Assembly (NCBI RefSeq): GCF_900232105.1
Contig: NZ_LT934425.1
Coordinates: forward strand, 2,580,001 to 2,612,000
Direction: 5' to 3'
From: Candidatus Kuenenia stuttgartensis
GTDB lineage: Bacteria > Planctomycetota > Brocadiia > Brocadiales > Brocadiaceae
Length of the DNA: 32,000 bases
A model generated the notes under the pieces. The model was not told the origin of the DNA and made no database searches. It worked only from the letters and a program-made list of their open reading frames with translations. Positions 6,181 through 14,947 of the stretch are shown piece after piece; within the stretch, counting starts at the first letter, position 1, and each line of letters opens with the position of its first letter. The position numbers and the translations under genes are program-made.

Positions 6181-8715
6181 ATGTCTTATATTAAGAATAT
6201 TGCAATTCGTTCATTCTTTATTAGCGGCATAATTTTTTTTCTTTTGTGCGGCGTCTATTTCTCGATTCCGGTAATTTTAGAAAAGAAAATTCTCCCTCTT
6301 CTTTTTAACAAAGCAGGATTCGTTCAATCAACCGGTAAAATCAGAAAATTTGGCTTTACCGGGTTAGATGTAACTTCGGTTCGATTGGGTAACCCGGAAA
6401 ATCCCTCCATTTCCCTCGATTCTATCCGCATTGATTATTCTTTAATGGGGCTGGCAAGAAGGCATATTAAAAAAATAATAATCAGCGGGGTGGAGATACG
6501 GGCGGAGTTTAAAGACGGCAAAATGGGTATTCCCGGAATAGATTTCGGCAAACTCTTCAGAAATTCCTCAAATACCGGACGGGAACAACAAACGGTTTCA
6601 CAAAGAATTCCCATTAACATTGGAGAACTAGAAATACGGCATGCCGCAGTTCTTTTGAAATCAGGCGTTGAAGATTTTTATATCCCTTTCAGTATGCGGA
6701 TATACCCAGTCTTTGAGAATAAGGAAGAACAACCTTCCGGCTACGCAATACAGTACAGATTAGACCCGCAACATGCGAATATCTTCCATGGAGTAAGGAT
6801 AAAATCCAGGATAAATGGCAGTGCAATGTATAATTTTACGACCTCTGATTTGGCATTGCGGCTTGATCTTACTGATATGGATGTAGTGTATAATGACCTG
6901 CAATTTAAAAATACATCGAAAGATGTTCCGTTAATAATAACCATCACAAGAACAAAAAATATCGTTCAAATGCATTTTAACCGGTTTAGTGTTATGTCGC
7001 TCCTCCCATTTGAAGTATCAATGAATCCTGATAGTCACCTTACGGTGAATATGGATGAAGACACACTGAATGCCGAAGGGAGCGTGAAGGTGTTTTTAAA
7101 GAAAGAATTGATGAACAACGATCCCCATATTGGCCTAAAATTAGGCCAGTCAGCAGAGCTGCCAATTTTTCTTAAAGGAGAAACCCAGGGAAAGCAGTGG
7201 CGTTTTTCACTAAACTCTGCCGGGACATCTCACCCTTTGACTTTTTCCCGGGGAACCGAAACAATGACTCTTTTCCCCAAAGAGCTTTCCATACAGGGAG
7301 AAGGTCTGAATACCAGCGGTTCTCTGCAATTTGATGCAAACCTCACTCATGTGCGGTATAAGGGGGATAATATGCATATACTGATTCCTCTTGTCTCATT
7401 GCAGGGCAGCGGATTGCTAAACTCTACGGAGAGTTCTTCTCTCCGGGCATTTGTGCAAATAACTGATGCGGAATGTGCTTCTCACGATTTTAATGCAAGG
7501 AAGATACAGGCGAAGATTCCCATTCAATGGCCATTCCCAGCTTCCGAAGATAACGACAGTATTGCGGAAGATACGAATTACCCCTATGTTGCCATCGATG
7601 ATATAAACTATGGCGGCATAAACATCGGGTCAATTGTCGCAACGCCCTATCAAAACGGCGCAAACCTTCATTTTACAGGATTGTTTAAGGGCTTACTGTT
7701 CCCTGGTTTTAATGTAAATTTTAAGGGTATGGCGGGTCTGAATGATGAGAATACCTTTATTTCCAAGGTAGACTTCAACTCTGCGGAACCGGAAAAGACA
7801 CTGCAATTTGAATTATCTTCTGTTGCATCGCAATTTAGCGGGATATTTTTTAATGGCATTGCCGACATCCGCGGTAATTGGAGCTTTGATGGAACCAGGG
7901 GAACAAGCACGGGCATGGTGTTACTTCGCAATACGAAAATAGATAGTCCTCAAAAAAAGATGACGATAGAAGGAGTGGAACTTCAACTTGCCATGAGCGA
8001 CCTGTTAAACCTCCGCAGCGATCCTGGACAAGTGCTGAAATTCCAGCGTTTCACGTGGGGAGATATAGAAATAAGCGAAGGCGAGGCGTCGTTTCAAATA
8101 GAATCCCCTTCTTCCCTTTTCCTTAAAAAAAGTAGTTTTCTCTGGTGCGGGGGGAATGTCTATACGCATGGCCTGCGCTTAAAACCAGGCAATGATGGAT
8201 TAGATATTATCTGTTACTGCGACCGGTTGAGACTGGCGACTGTTTTAAAACAGTTTCATCTCGCATCCGCTGAAGGTGAAGGCTCTGTAAATGGTCGTTT
8301 GCCTATCAGTTATAAAAATGGAGAGATAAAAATTGCCGATGGTTTTCTTTATTCCACGCCCGGGGAGGGCGGCATTATTCGTTTTAATACAGAAACGCTT
8401 ATTCCTGGCGCGGCCGGCACACAAAAGGGTATACAAACGGATGTTGCGATGGAAGCCCTTAAGGATTTCCACTATGATTGGGCAAAGCTTTCGTTGTTGA
8501 GCAAGGGAGAAGACCTCCACGTTTATTTACAGATGGAGGGAGCGCCTGTTAATTTACTCCCGTTTGCCTACACAAAAAAATCAGGACTGGTGAAAGCAAA
8601 AGGAGAACCAAAGGCTCGTTTCCAGAAAATACTCTTTCATTTTAACTTTACATTACCCATTGATGAATTATTACACTATAGCGCAGGCTTGGGGGAATTA
8701 TTACAATATCAGTAA
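6181..8715 (+). CDS. ydbH: AsmA-like family protein, YdbH-like (putative intermembrane phospholipid transport)
   Basis: 844 aa with an N-terminal TM helix and a long beta-rich body. The C-terminal region resembles the YdbH 'dicarboxylate transport' domain (GEGSVNGRLPISYKNGEIKIADGFLYSTPGEGGIIRF). The strongest support is synteny with downstream ynbE-like and ydbL-like genes, as in E. coli ydbH-ynbE-ydbL. Confidence 0.75.
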   Translation: MSYIKNIAIRSFFISGIIFFLLCGVYFSIPVILEKKILPLLFNKAGFVQSTGKIRKFGFTGLDVTSVRLGNPENPSISLDSIRIDYSLMGLARRHIKKIIISGVEIRAEFKDGKMGIPGIDFGKLFRNSSNTGREQQTVSQRIPINIGELEIRHAAVLLKSGVEDFYIPFSMRIYPVFENKEEQPSGYAIQYRLDPQHANIFHGVRIKSRINGSAMYNFTTSDLALRLDLTDMDVVYNDLQFKNTSKDVPLIITITRTKNIVQMHFNRFSVMSLLPFEVSMNPDSHLTVNMDEDTLNAEGSVKVFLKKELMNNDPHIGLKLGQSAELPIFLKGETQGKQWRFSLNSAGTSHPLTFSRGTETMTLFPKELSIQGEGLNTSGSLQFDANLTHVRYKGDNMHILIPLVSLQGSGLLNSTESSSLRAFVQITDAECASHDFNARKIQAKIPIQWPFPASEDNDSIAEDTNYPYVAIDDINYGGINIGSIVATPYQNGANLHFTGLFKGLLFPGFNVNFKGMAGLNDENTFISKVDFNSAEPEKTLQFELSSVASQFSGIFFNGIADIRGNWSFDGTRGTSTGMVLLRNTKIDSPQKKMTIEGVELQLAMSDLLNLRSDPGQVLKFQRFTWGDIEISEGEASFQIESPSSLFLKKSSFLWCGGNVYTHGLRLKPGNDGLDIICYCDRLRLATVLKQFHLASAEGEGSVNGRLPISYKNGEIKIADGFLYSTPGEGGIIRFNTETLIPGAAGTQKGIQTDVAMEALKDFHYDWAKLSLLSKGEDLHVYLQMEGAPVNLLPFAYTKKSGLVKAKGEPKARFQKILFHFNFTLPIDELLHYSAGLGELLQYQ

Positions 8716-8729
8716 CATATAAAGATTTA

Positions 8730-8887
8730 GTAACACTTTAGTTTTTTGAAAAACGTAAGAGCGAGAGATGAAGCACGAGAGACGAGAGACGAGAGACGAA
8801 AGATGTCTGTCATCCATCATCCGTCGTCCCTACATCGTGCGGAAAACAGCGCTATTATTGGAATTTTTCGAAAAACTAAAGTGCTAC
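8730..8887. repeat. MITE-like element, family A, variant with a different inner module
   Basis: Terminal inverted repeats GTAACACTTTAGTTTTTTGAAAAA (8730-8753) and TTTTTCGAAAAACTAAAGTGCTAC (8864-8887). The inner 110 nt contains (CGAGAGA)x3 instead of the GTAGGGGCGAAGCATTTGCC hairpin seen in other copies. Confidence 0.8.
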
Positions 8888-9033
8888 GGAATATTGAGTT
8901 TTTTGTCATTAGAATTTGTTTCGTATTTCGAATTTGGTTACGCCCAAATGTTGCGCTAAGATAATTATTGTGATAGGGTATTCTTGCTTTTATACCAATG
9001 TATTCGTAAGGAATTACAGTTAAGGAGGGATTG

Positions 9034-9267
9034 ATGAAACAAAATAGTGTCATTTTATGTATAGTGTTTTTTCTTGTCTTGCATGGTTGTAAAACGGAAC
9101 ATAAGGTAGAACTTGAAGTCAAACCAATGCAAATTACCATTGATGTGAATATACGAATAGATAGGGAGCTGGATAATTTTTTTGGCAACCTTGATGAAGC
9201 CGCAAAAACACTCGGCGGGGAAGTCGGTGATTCTAAAGCAGCGGAGACGCCAAACCCTGGCCAGTAG
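9034..9267 (+). CDS. ynbE: YnbE-like small lipoprotein
   Basis: AGGAGG Shine-Dalgarno 5 nt before the ATG at 9034. Signal peptide with lipobox LHGC. The motif PMQITIDVNIRIDRELDNFF resembles E. coli YnbE (PITINMNVKIEHEI...). It sits between the ydbH-like and ydbL-like genes. Confidence 0.75.
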   Translation: MKQNSVILCIVFFLVLHGCKTEHKVELEVKPMQITIDVNIRIDRELDNFFGNLDEAAKTLGGEVGDSKAAETPNPGQ

Positions 9268-9310
9268 TTTTTTATTGATTAAGAGATTTTTGTCAGAAGG
9301 AGAAAAATAA

Positions 9311-9691
9311 ATGAAGTCAAATTTTTTTGCAATGTTTTTTCTTATTTTATTGAGTGGAATTTGTCCTGTCGCTACAGTAATCTTTGCCGATAATATACAG
9401 ACAATAAAAGTGCAAATGGAAAAACGCCTTCCTCTCATAGTAGAGTTAAAATCGAAGGGAATTATTGGTGAAAACAACACAGGATATTTACAGTATGTGC
9501 AGGCAAACCGTGAAAACGAAGAGGTTGTTAATGCGGAAAATGAGGACAGAAAAAAGGTGTATGCTATTATAGCAAAAAAGGAAGGCGCAAGCATCGGGCA
9601 GGTAGGCAGTCGCAGGGCATTGCAGATTGCAAAAAAAGCGCTAAAGGGCGACTGGCTACAGGACAGAAACGGAAAATGGTATCAAAAGTAG
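9311..9691 (+). CDS. ydbL: YdbL-like periplasmic protein (DUF1318)
   Basis: Signal peptide; GIIGENNTGYLQYV; and the C-terminal ...GDWLQDRNGKWYQK, which matches the YdbL pattern (G.VGE...GYL ... G.Y.Q...GKW..K). GAAGGAG Shine-Dalgarno. Confidence 0.8.
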   Translation: MKSNFFAMFFLILLSGICPVATVIFADNIQTIKVQMEKRLPLIVELKSKGIIGENNTGYLQYVQANRENEEVVNAENEDRKKVYAIIAKKEGASIGQVGSRRALQIAKKALKGDWLQDRNGKWYQK

Positions 9692-9845
9692 CACATGTAA
9701 GCATACTATGCCAGGGTTGATGTGCGGGCAGAATGCTTCATTTATTTTTGTTGTGCGATGTCCGTTTAGCACAACTCTGTTACTCGTGGCTTTCGCAATG
9801 ATGGGTTTGTTTGATTATTAAACGGCAATATATGAGGTAAGAAAT

Positions 9846-10532
9846 ATGTCTTTTAAAGCAATTATTTTTGATCTGGACGGCACGCTTATAGACTCTCTGG
9901 AAGATTTATGCAATGCCGCGAACCGTGTATTAAAGAAAAATAATTTTCCAACGCACGAAATGGAAGAGTATCGGTATTTTGTTGGGGAGGGAGTTGCTGC
10001 GCTTATCACACGCGCATTGCCGGACGAAATAAAAAATGAGGACATAATAAACTCTTGCGTAGGGGAATTTCGTGAAGAATATCGGAAAAACTGGAATATA
10101 AAAACAAAACCATACGAAGGGATTGCCGAGATGCTGGACTTGATCACATTGCGCGGCTTAAAAATGGCAGTCCTTTCAAATAAACCTGATTACTTTACAA
10201 AAAAATGCGTAGCAGCATTTTTGCCGAACTGGAAATTTGACCGGATAATAGGCCAGCGCGATGATGTTCCTAAAAAGCCCGATCCCGCAGGCGCAAAAGA
10301 AATTGCAGAATACCTGGCCGTTTCTCCGTCGGAAATTATTTATGTTGGCGATACGCCCATTGATATGGAAACGGCCATTGCTGCAGGCATGCTTCCTGTA
10401 GGTGTTCTGTGGGGGTTCCGTCCTGAAGACGAACTTAAAAGGAGCGGTGCGCATAGAATAATTCAGAAACCAGAAGAAATTATTGAAGTTATCGACCATT
10501 CAACGGACGGAATAAGTAAGACTGACTTTTGA
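9846..10532 (+). CDS. HAD-superfamily hydrolase, phosphoglycolate phosphatase-like
   Basis: HAD motif I IIFDLDGTLIDS, motif II VLSNK, motif III/IV K...VGDTPIDMETA. Confidence 0.8.
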   Translation: MSFKAIIFDLDGTLIDSLEDLCNAANRVLKKNNFPTHEMEEYRYFVGEGVAALITRALPDEIKNEDIINSCVGEFREEYRKNWNIKTKPYEGIAEMLDLITLRGLKMAVLSNKPDYFTKKCVAAFLPNWKFDRIIGQRDDVPKKPDPAGAKEIAEYLAVSPSEIIYVGDTPIDMETAIAAGMLPVGVLWGFRPEDELKRSGAHRIIQKPEEIIEVIDHSTDGISKTDF

Positions 10533-10922
10533 GAACCCATATTTTCTGGCAAAATATTTAATGGTGAAATCCGAAATGCCAAGTCCTAAAAAGAAACCAG
10601 GTTCATCTGCAGAATGTTTCTTATTCATCCACTTGGGCTTATCGCTTCCGGAGTATTGTTGGTAGCATTGTCACCCCCGGAGATACAAAAGAAGTTGTTG
10701 ATAACATTAGGGAAAGTGGATAGTATGTACTGTGGTTGGAAAATTTACCCCAAAAGCGTGGGATTAAAGCTGCTGAGAAGGGGAAGGGTTACAAAATACC
10801 TGTTTTTAAAAAAGATACGATTATAAAGATTTTGTAAAAATAATCAATGTCAACAACGCATTGATACGGCAATGCACAACACCGTGCTGCCAATTGAGTG
10901 ATTAGAGAAAAGGAGGTCGTAA

Positions 10923-11927
10923 ATGCCTGATTATGGACCGCGCAGAAAACAGCCGGATATAAATTTCGAACAAATATCCTTGCAGCCATTAAAAAAGTTT
11001 CTCCCACCCATCATTATGCTGATCTTCATTATCATTAGCGGGTATTCGGCATTTTACACGGTAAAGGCAAATGAAGAAGCGGTAGTTTTACGGTTCGGAA
11101 AATATAAAGAAACGGTTGGACCAGGATTGCATACTAAAATTCCTTACGGCATTGATAAAATACTAAAAGGAGAGGTAAAAACAATCTATAACGAGGAATT
11201 TGGCTTCAGAACAAGACAACGCGGCACCACGAGTATTGTGGACTATGAATTCCCTGCGGCGCAGGAGGAAAAACTTATGCTTACCGCGGATCTTAATTGT
11301 GCGGAAGTGAATTGGGTTATTCGCTACAAAATTAAAGCCTTAGAAGAGTATTTTTTCAATGTAAGGGACGTTCGTGAAACAATCCGTGGCATTTCGCAAT
11401 CGGTAATGAGGACACTGGTGGGAGACCTCTCCATCGATGAAGTTTTAACCATTGGCAGGATCGAAATAGAGCAAATGGCCAAAGAAAATATACAAAAAGG
11501 CCTGGATGAATATAAATGCGGTATCAGCATTCAATCGGTTTTGCTCAAAGGAGTTGATCCTCCTCTTGCCGTCAAGGACGCCTTTAATGCGGTAAACCAG
11601 GCAATACAAAACAAAGATAAAATCATTAATGAGGCGGAAGGTCAGAAAAATAAACTACTGCCCGCGGCTGAAGGGAAAAAAGAGCAGGCAATCAGGGAGG
11701 CTGAAGGATATTATGTAAGAAGGATAAACAGAGCAACAGGGGACGTAAAGGCATTTCTTGCAGTATATGAAGAATACAAAAAGGCGGAAGATGTAACAAG
11801 GCGGAGGCTCTTCCTTGAGACGATGGCGGATGTGTTGCCAAAATGCGAAAAATTGTATATTATCGATAAAGATTTAAAAGGATTATTACCTATCCTTGGC
11901 CTCAATGAGGAGGGAATGAAGAAATGA
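10923..11927 (+). CDS. hflK: SPFH/band-7 protein HflK
   Basis: N-terminal TM helix, SPFH domain and a C-terminal coiled-coil region (EAEGYYVRRINRATGD). It overlaps the hflC start by 4 nt. AAGGAGG Shine-Dalgarno. Confidence 0.85.
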   Translation: MPDYGPRRKQPDINFEQISLQPLKKFLPPIIMLIFIIISGYSAFYTVKANEEAVVLRFGKYKETVGPGLHTKIPYGIDKILKGEVKTIYNEEFGFRTRQRGTTSIVDYEFPAAQEEKLMLTADLNCAEVNWVIRYKIKALEEYFFNVRDVRETIRGISQSVMRTLVGDLSIDEVLTIGRIEIEQMAKENIQKGLDEYKCGISIQSVLLKGVDPPLAVKDAFNAVNQAIQNKDKIINEAEGQKNKLLPAAEGKKEQAIREAEGYYVRRINRATGDVKAFLAVYEEYKKAEDVTRRRLFLETMADVLPKCEKLYIIDKDLKGLLPILGLNEEGMKK

Positions 11928-12895
11928 AAAGGAACGTTATAATTATACTAATCGCAATAGGCATCATTGCAATATTCCTGAAAAGTTCCCTGTATGTTGT
12001 TGATGAACGATTGCAGGCCGTTATCACGCAGTTTGGAAAACCCGTGCGAACGACGGTGGTACATGGACTTCATGTAAAAACCCCATTTATTCAGGACGTC
12101 AGATATTTTAATAAACGCATACTAAACTGGACGGGTGATATTAGTGATATTCTCACAAGGGATAAGGAAAACATAGGCGTAGCTTCCTGGGCGCGATGGA
12201 AAATTGTCGATCCTCTCAAATTTTATACTTCGCTGGGCATAGAAGCACGCGGACAGGGATTGCTTGATGAGGTTATCGAGTCGGCTGTGAAAAACGTTGT
12301 GAGCGCCTATCCGTTAAAAGAGGTTCTCCGAAACTCCAATCGTAAACTGGAATATACGACAAAGGAGCTTGAAGTAGCGGAAGAAACAAAAAAAGTAATC
12401 ATTAAAAAAGGCCGCGATGAAATTACAGCAGAAATTCTTGCTATGGCACGACGCTCGCTTGAAGACCGGTACGGGATTGAATTGGTGGATGTGAGAATAA
12501 AATACATTAACTACGTGGCGGCAGTAATCCCAAAGATTTATGATCGTATGCGCTCGGAACGTATCCGCATCGCAAATAAATATGAATCAGAAGGGAGAAG
12601 GGAAGAAGCTGAAATTTTAGGCACGATGAGGAAGGAACTGGAGAGAATCGAATCGGAAGGGTATCGTACGGCAGAAGAAACCAGGGGACAAGCTGATGCA
12701 GAGGCCATTAAGGTTTACGCGGAAGCATATACAAAAGCCCCGGAATTATATTCCTTTCTCAAAACACTGGAAACTTATAAAACCACAATAAGCTCACAGA
12801 CACGGCTTATTCTCAACACGGACGGAGAATATTTCAGGTATCTCAAGGGCTTTGAAAAAGATGTTGGAGCCGTTGAAGCGTGGTCTTTAGAGTAA
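11924..12895 (+). CDS. hflC: SPFH/band-7 protein HflC
   Basis: N-terminal TM helix, SPFH domain (LYVVDERLQAVITQFGKP) and a coiled-coil tail. It is translationally coupled to hflK. Confidence 0.85.
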   Translation: MKRNVIIILIAIGIIAIFLKSSLYVVDERLQAVITQFGKPVRTTVVHGLHVKTPFIQDVRYFNKRILNWTGDISDILTRDKENIGVASWARWKIVDPLKFYTSLGIEARGQGLLDEVIESAVKNVVSAYPLKEVLRNSNRKLEYTTKELEVAEETKKVIIKKGRDEITAEILAMARRSLEDRYGIELVDVRIKYINYVAAVIPKIYDRMRSERIRIANKYESEGRREEAEILGTMRKELERIESEGYRTAEETRGQADAEAIKVYAEAYTKAPELYSFLKTLETYKTTISSQTRLILNTDGEYFRYLKGFEKDVGAVEAWSLE

Positions 12896-12904
12896 AAAAA
12901 CTGG

Positions 12905-12939
12905 AAGGGTTTCGCCTGTAGATCAGGAACCCCTTTTTT
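12905..12939 (+). terminator. Probable rho-independent terminator of hflKC
   Basis: A GGGTTTC/GGAACCC-type stem (about 7 bp including one G-U pair) is followed by TTTTTT (12934-12939), 10 nt after the hflC stop. Confidence 0.55.
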
Positions 12940-12974
12940 AAGAACTGGCCTGAAAAATCAGAGAAAGGCTGCGG

Positions 12975-13020
12975 GTTGCATTTATATTTGCCCCGCAGCA
13001 AAACCCAAAATACTCCAAGG
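12975..13020 (-). repeat. Decayed duplicate of the 3' end of the DUF218 gene (direct repeat with 13711-13757)
   Basis: GTTGCATTTATATTTGCCCCGCAGCAAAACCCAAAATACTCCAAGG versus GTTGCATTTATATCTGCCCCCGCAGCAAAGCCCAAAGTATCCCAAGG (about 41/46 identical, one 1-nt indel). On the minus strand it translates to ...LGVFWVLLRGKY..., compared with the genuine C-terminus ...LGILWALLRGQI*. Confidence 0.8.
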
Positions 13021-13094
13021 GGGATGCACCTCAATTTTTTGTAAAAATGCAGTGAATTGAATACGTTTTTAAAAAACTAAACTATTGCAGAATT

Positions 13095-13319
13095 ATGAAA
13101 ATAAAAGACCTTATAGAAGAAGCAACTTCTTTGCCTGTTGAAGAGAGGGCGATGGTTATTGATTCTTTGTTAAAAAGTCTAAACCCACCGGAATTGGAAA
13201 TAGAAAAAAAATGGGTATCAGTGGCTAAACGACGACTTGAGGAACTTCGTTCTGGTAAAGTAAAAACAATACAAGGTGAAGAAGTATTTGAAAAAATATG
13301 GAATAAGTTCTTAAAGTGA
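13095..13319 (+). CDS. Type II antitoxin ('addiction module component' family)
   Basis: 74 aa. The sequence KIKDLIEEATSLPVEERAMVIDSLLKSL...WVSVAKRRLEELRSGKVKTIQGEEVF is typical of this antitoxin family. It overlaps the toxin start (GTGA). Confidence 0.8.
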   Translation: MKIKDLIEEATSLPVEERAMVIDSLLKSLNPPELEIEKKWVSVAKRRLEELRSGKVKTIQGEEVFEKIWNKFLK

Positions 13320-13606
13320 AATATTCCTTTCATCCCGAAGCAGAGATAGAATTCATTGAAGCGATTGAGTATTATGAAGAAAGGGAATCAGGTTTGGGAT
13401 ACGACTTTGCTATTGAGGTATATTCAGCTATTGAAAGAATGATAGCTTTCCCAAAAGCCTGGCCAATTATAGAGGAAGATATCCGACGGTCGTTAGTCCG
13501 AAGATTTCCATATGGAATTTTATATTCCGCAGAGAAAGAAGGGGTTTGCATTGTAGCCGTCATGCATTTACATAGAGAACCAAAATACTGGAAACACAGA
13601 ATCTAA
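13316..13606 (+). CDS. Type II toxin, RelE/ParE superfamily
   Basis: 96 aa with a GTG start. F.PEAE.EF.EAI.YY pattern, RRFPYGILY and IVAVMHLHREPKYW are typical of ParE/RelE 'plasmid stabilisation' toxins. Confidence 0.8.
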   Translation: MKYSFHPEAEIEFIEAIEYYEERESGLGYDFAIEVYSAIERMIAFPKAWPIIEEDIRRSLVRRFPYGILYSAEKEGVCIVAVMHLHREPKYWKHRI

Positions 13607-13717
13607 ATATAGTCAAGCAAATCATAACAACAAATCTGATTTCAGAAATTTAGCGGTAATGTTTTTCTGAAAATAGATTTGTTTGACGATAATTCCAAAA
13701 AGGGATGCTTGTTGCAT

Positions 13718-14509
13718 TTATATCTGCCCCCGCAGCAAAGCCCAAAGTATCCCAAGGTACTCGTAAAATACTTGTTCTGCCTTATCAAAACCATGTGAAC
13801 TTGGGAAAAAATCACCGGGCGCGGTTGTTTGTGATTTCAGAATAGTGTGCCCCGCAGGAGCAGGTATGGGACTCATCCCTGATTTTCTGAACATTCCCAT
13901 TGCGCGCGCCATGTGATTTGCCGATGTAACTAAAATAAAATGGTCATTCCCCACAATGGGTTTTACAAATTTCGCCTCATCATGCGTATCTTTTGATTCG
14001 GATTGCAAAATCAGTGATTCCTCTTCGACTCCAAGCGCCATTGCCAATTCTGCCATTGCTTCCGCTCCTGAAACGGGATCAAAAACCCTTCCCCCAGATA
14101 AAACAATCCTGCTTTCAGGCACCAACCTGTGCAGCCGTATCCCTTCCGCAAGACGAACGAGCGTTTCCCCGGAAACCCTGCTGGTTATCGGTATATCCGG
14201 ATCGGAAGTATGCCCTCCGGCCAAAACAACAATCCATTTCACTTCGGGAACAATAGCTCCTCTTGTATCATCGGAGGATTGTATTGATAAAAGAGGAGGG
14301 TATTTATATTCTAAACGTCTGATAAAGACTTTGGAAACAGGAGAGGAGTAACAGAAAAATGCAAACAGCAGAATGCCAGACAAAACGATATACTTCCCAC
14401 GTTTCTGCTTTCTGGAAAAGAACATCAACACGGCGCCGACTATCAATATTTCAAGACATAATGGAACTGGAAACAGCAATTGGGCAATAAGTTTTTTTAA
14501 TGTAAGCAT
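13718..14509 (-). CDS. DUF218 (YdcF/ElyC/SanA-like) envelope protein
   Basis: Two N-terminal TM helices followed by DUF218 motifs: VVLAGGH, IVLSGG, GAEAMAELAMALGV, ILVTSANHMARA. Confidence 0.8.
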   Translation of the reverse strand: MLTLKKLIAQLLFPVPLCLEILIVGAVLMFFSRKQKRGKYIVLSGILLFAFFCYSSPVSKVFIRRLEYKYPPLLSIQSSDDTRGAIVPEVKWIVVLAGGHTSDPDIPITSRVSGETLVRLAEGIRLHRLVPESRIVLSGGRVFDPVSGAEAMAELAMALGVEEESLILQSESKDTHDEAKFVKPIVGNDHFILVTSANHMARAMGMFRKSGMSPIPAPAGHTILKSQTTAPGDFFPSSHGFDKAEQVFYEYLGILWALLRGQI

Positions 14510-14662
14510 TTTTACCTTTCATGAGTCACAGACCACAAACGATAGAACGGGAAATCCTCAAACCATGCAGTAAATTGTTATAATTCTTCGGGATTGAATT
14601 TTATTGTGCTACAAACAGACCGCCACCCCTAACGAGACTACATTTTTAAAATACCCCCTGGA

Positions 14663-14686
14663 TTTTTCAAAAAACTAAAGTGCTAC
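14663..14686. repeat. Solo right arm of the family A element
   Basis: TTTTTCAAAAAACTAAAGTGCTAC matches 8864-8887 and 26212-26236. No partner left arm is nearby. Confidence 0.7.
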
Positions 14687-14947
14687 GATTACGGAAATTT
14701 TTTCGCAAAAAAATATTGCATTATAAATATTATGATATTTATGATATTTATGATAAGTTTAAAAACAGATGTTTAAGTTTTTTAAATAATAACGAGTATA
14801 CGCTTGTGCTGAGCTTGTCGAAGCAGATGAATTGCTTACCCTTTTAACTAAAAAATTTCAAATAATTGGGATCAAATTTAGAAAACCTGATTTGTTTGAT
14901 TCTATACCCTAACTTATTGAGAAGTTGCCATAGAACGGAGAGCCAAT

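Noticed and set aside
8746-8964. Two overlapping 63- and 72-aa ORFs between ydbH and ynbE
   Set aside because: Both are read through the family A element and the (CGAGAGA)x3 tandem repeat (RARDEARETRDERRK). They occupy mutually exclusive frames and have no RBS.
8817-9594. 123-aa and 179-aa minus-strand ORFs
   Set aside because: They are antisense to the ynbE-like and ydbL-like genes, which have Shine-Dalgarno sequences, signal peptides and family motifs. The antisense peptides are Phe/Ile-rich, typical of AT-rich antisense frames.
9745-9775. Hairpin GTTGTGC…GCACAAC after ydbL as a terminator
   Set aside because: The stem is only 7 bp and has no downstream T-tract, which is insufficient to call.
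10614-10826. 70-aa ORF between the HAD gene and hflK
   Set aside because: There is no convincing RBS or family resemblance, and the region begins with a family B repeat fragment (10563-10580). I left it unannotated.
12843-13034. 63-aa minus-strand ORF downstream of hflC
   Set aside because: Its N-terminal part is the frame-shifted duplicate of the DUF218 gene terminus. It is a relic of the duplication flanking the TA cassette, not an independent gene.
13956-14351. 131-aa and 87-aa plus-strand ORFs
   Set aside because: They are antisense to the DUF218 gene, and Ser/Pro-rich antisense-type composition argues against coding.
14732-14758. 9-bp tandem repeat (ATGATATTT x ~3) upstream of the S8 protease, and (TGC)5 at 757-773, as phase-variation switches
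   Set aside because: The copy numbers are very low. The repeats are ~190 nt from the start codon or in non-promoter DNA. The AT-rich context makes such short repeats expected by chance.
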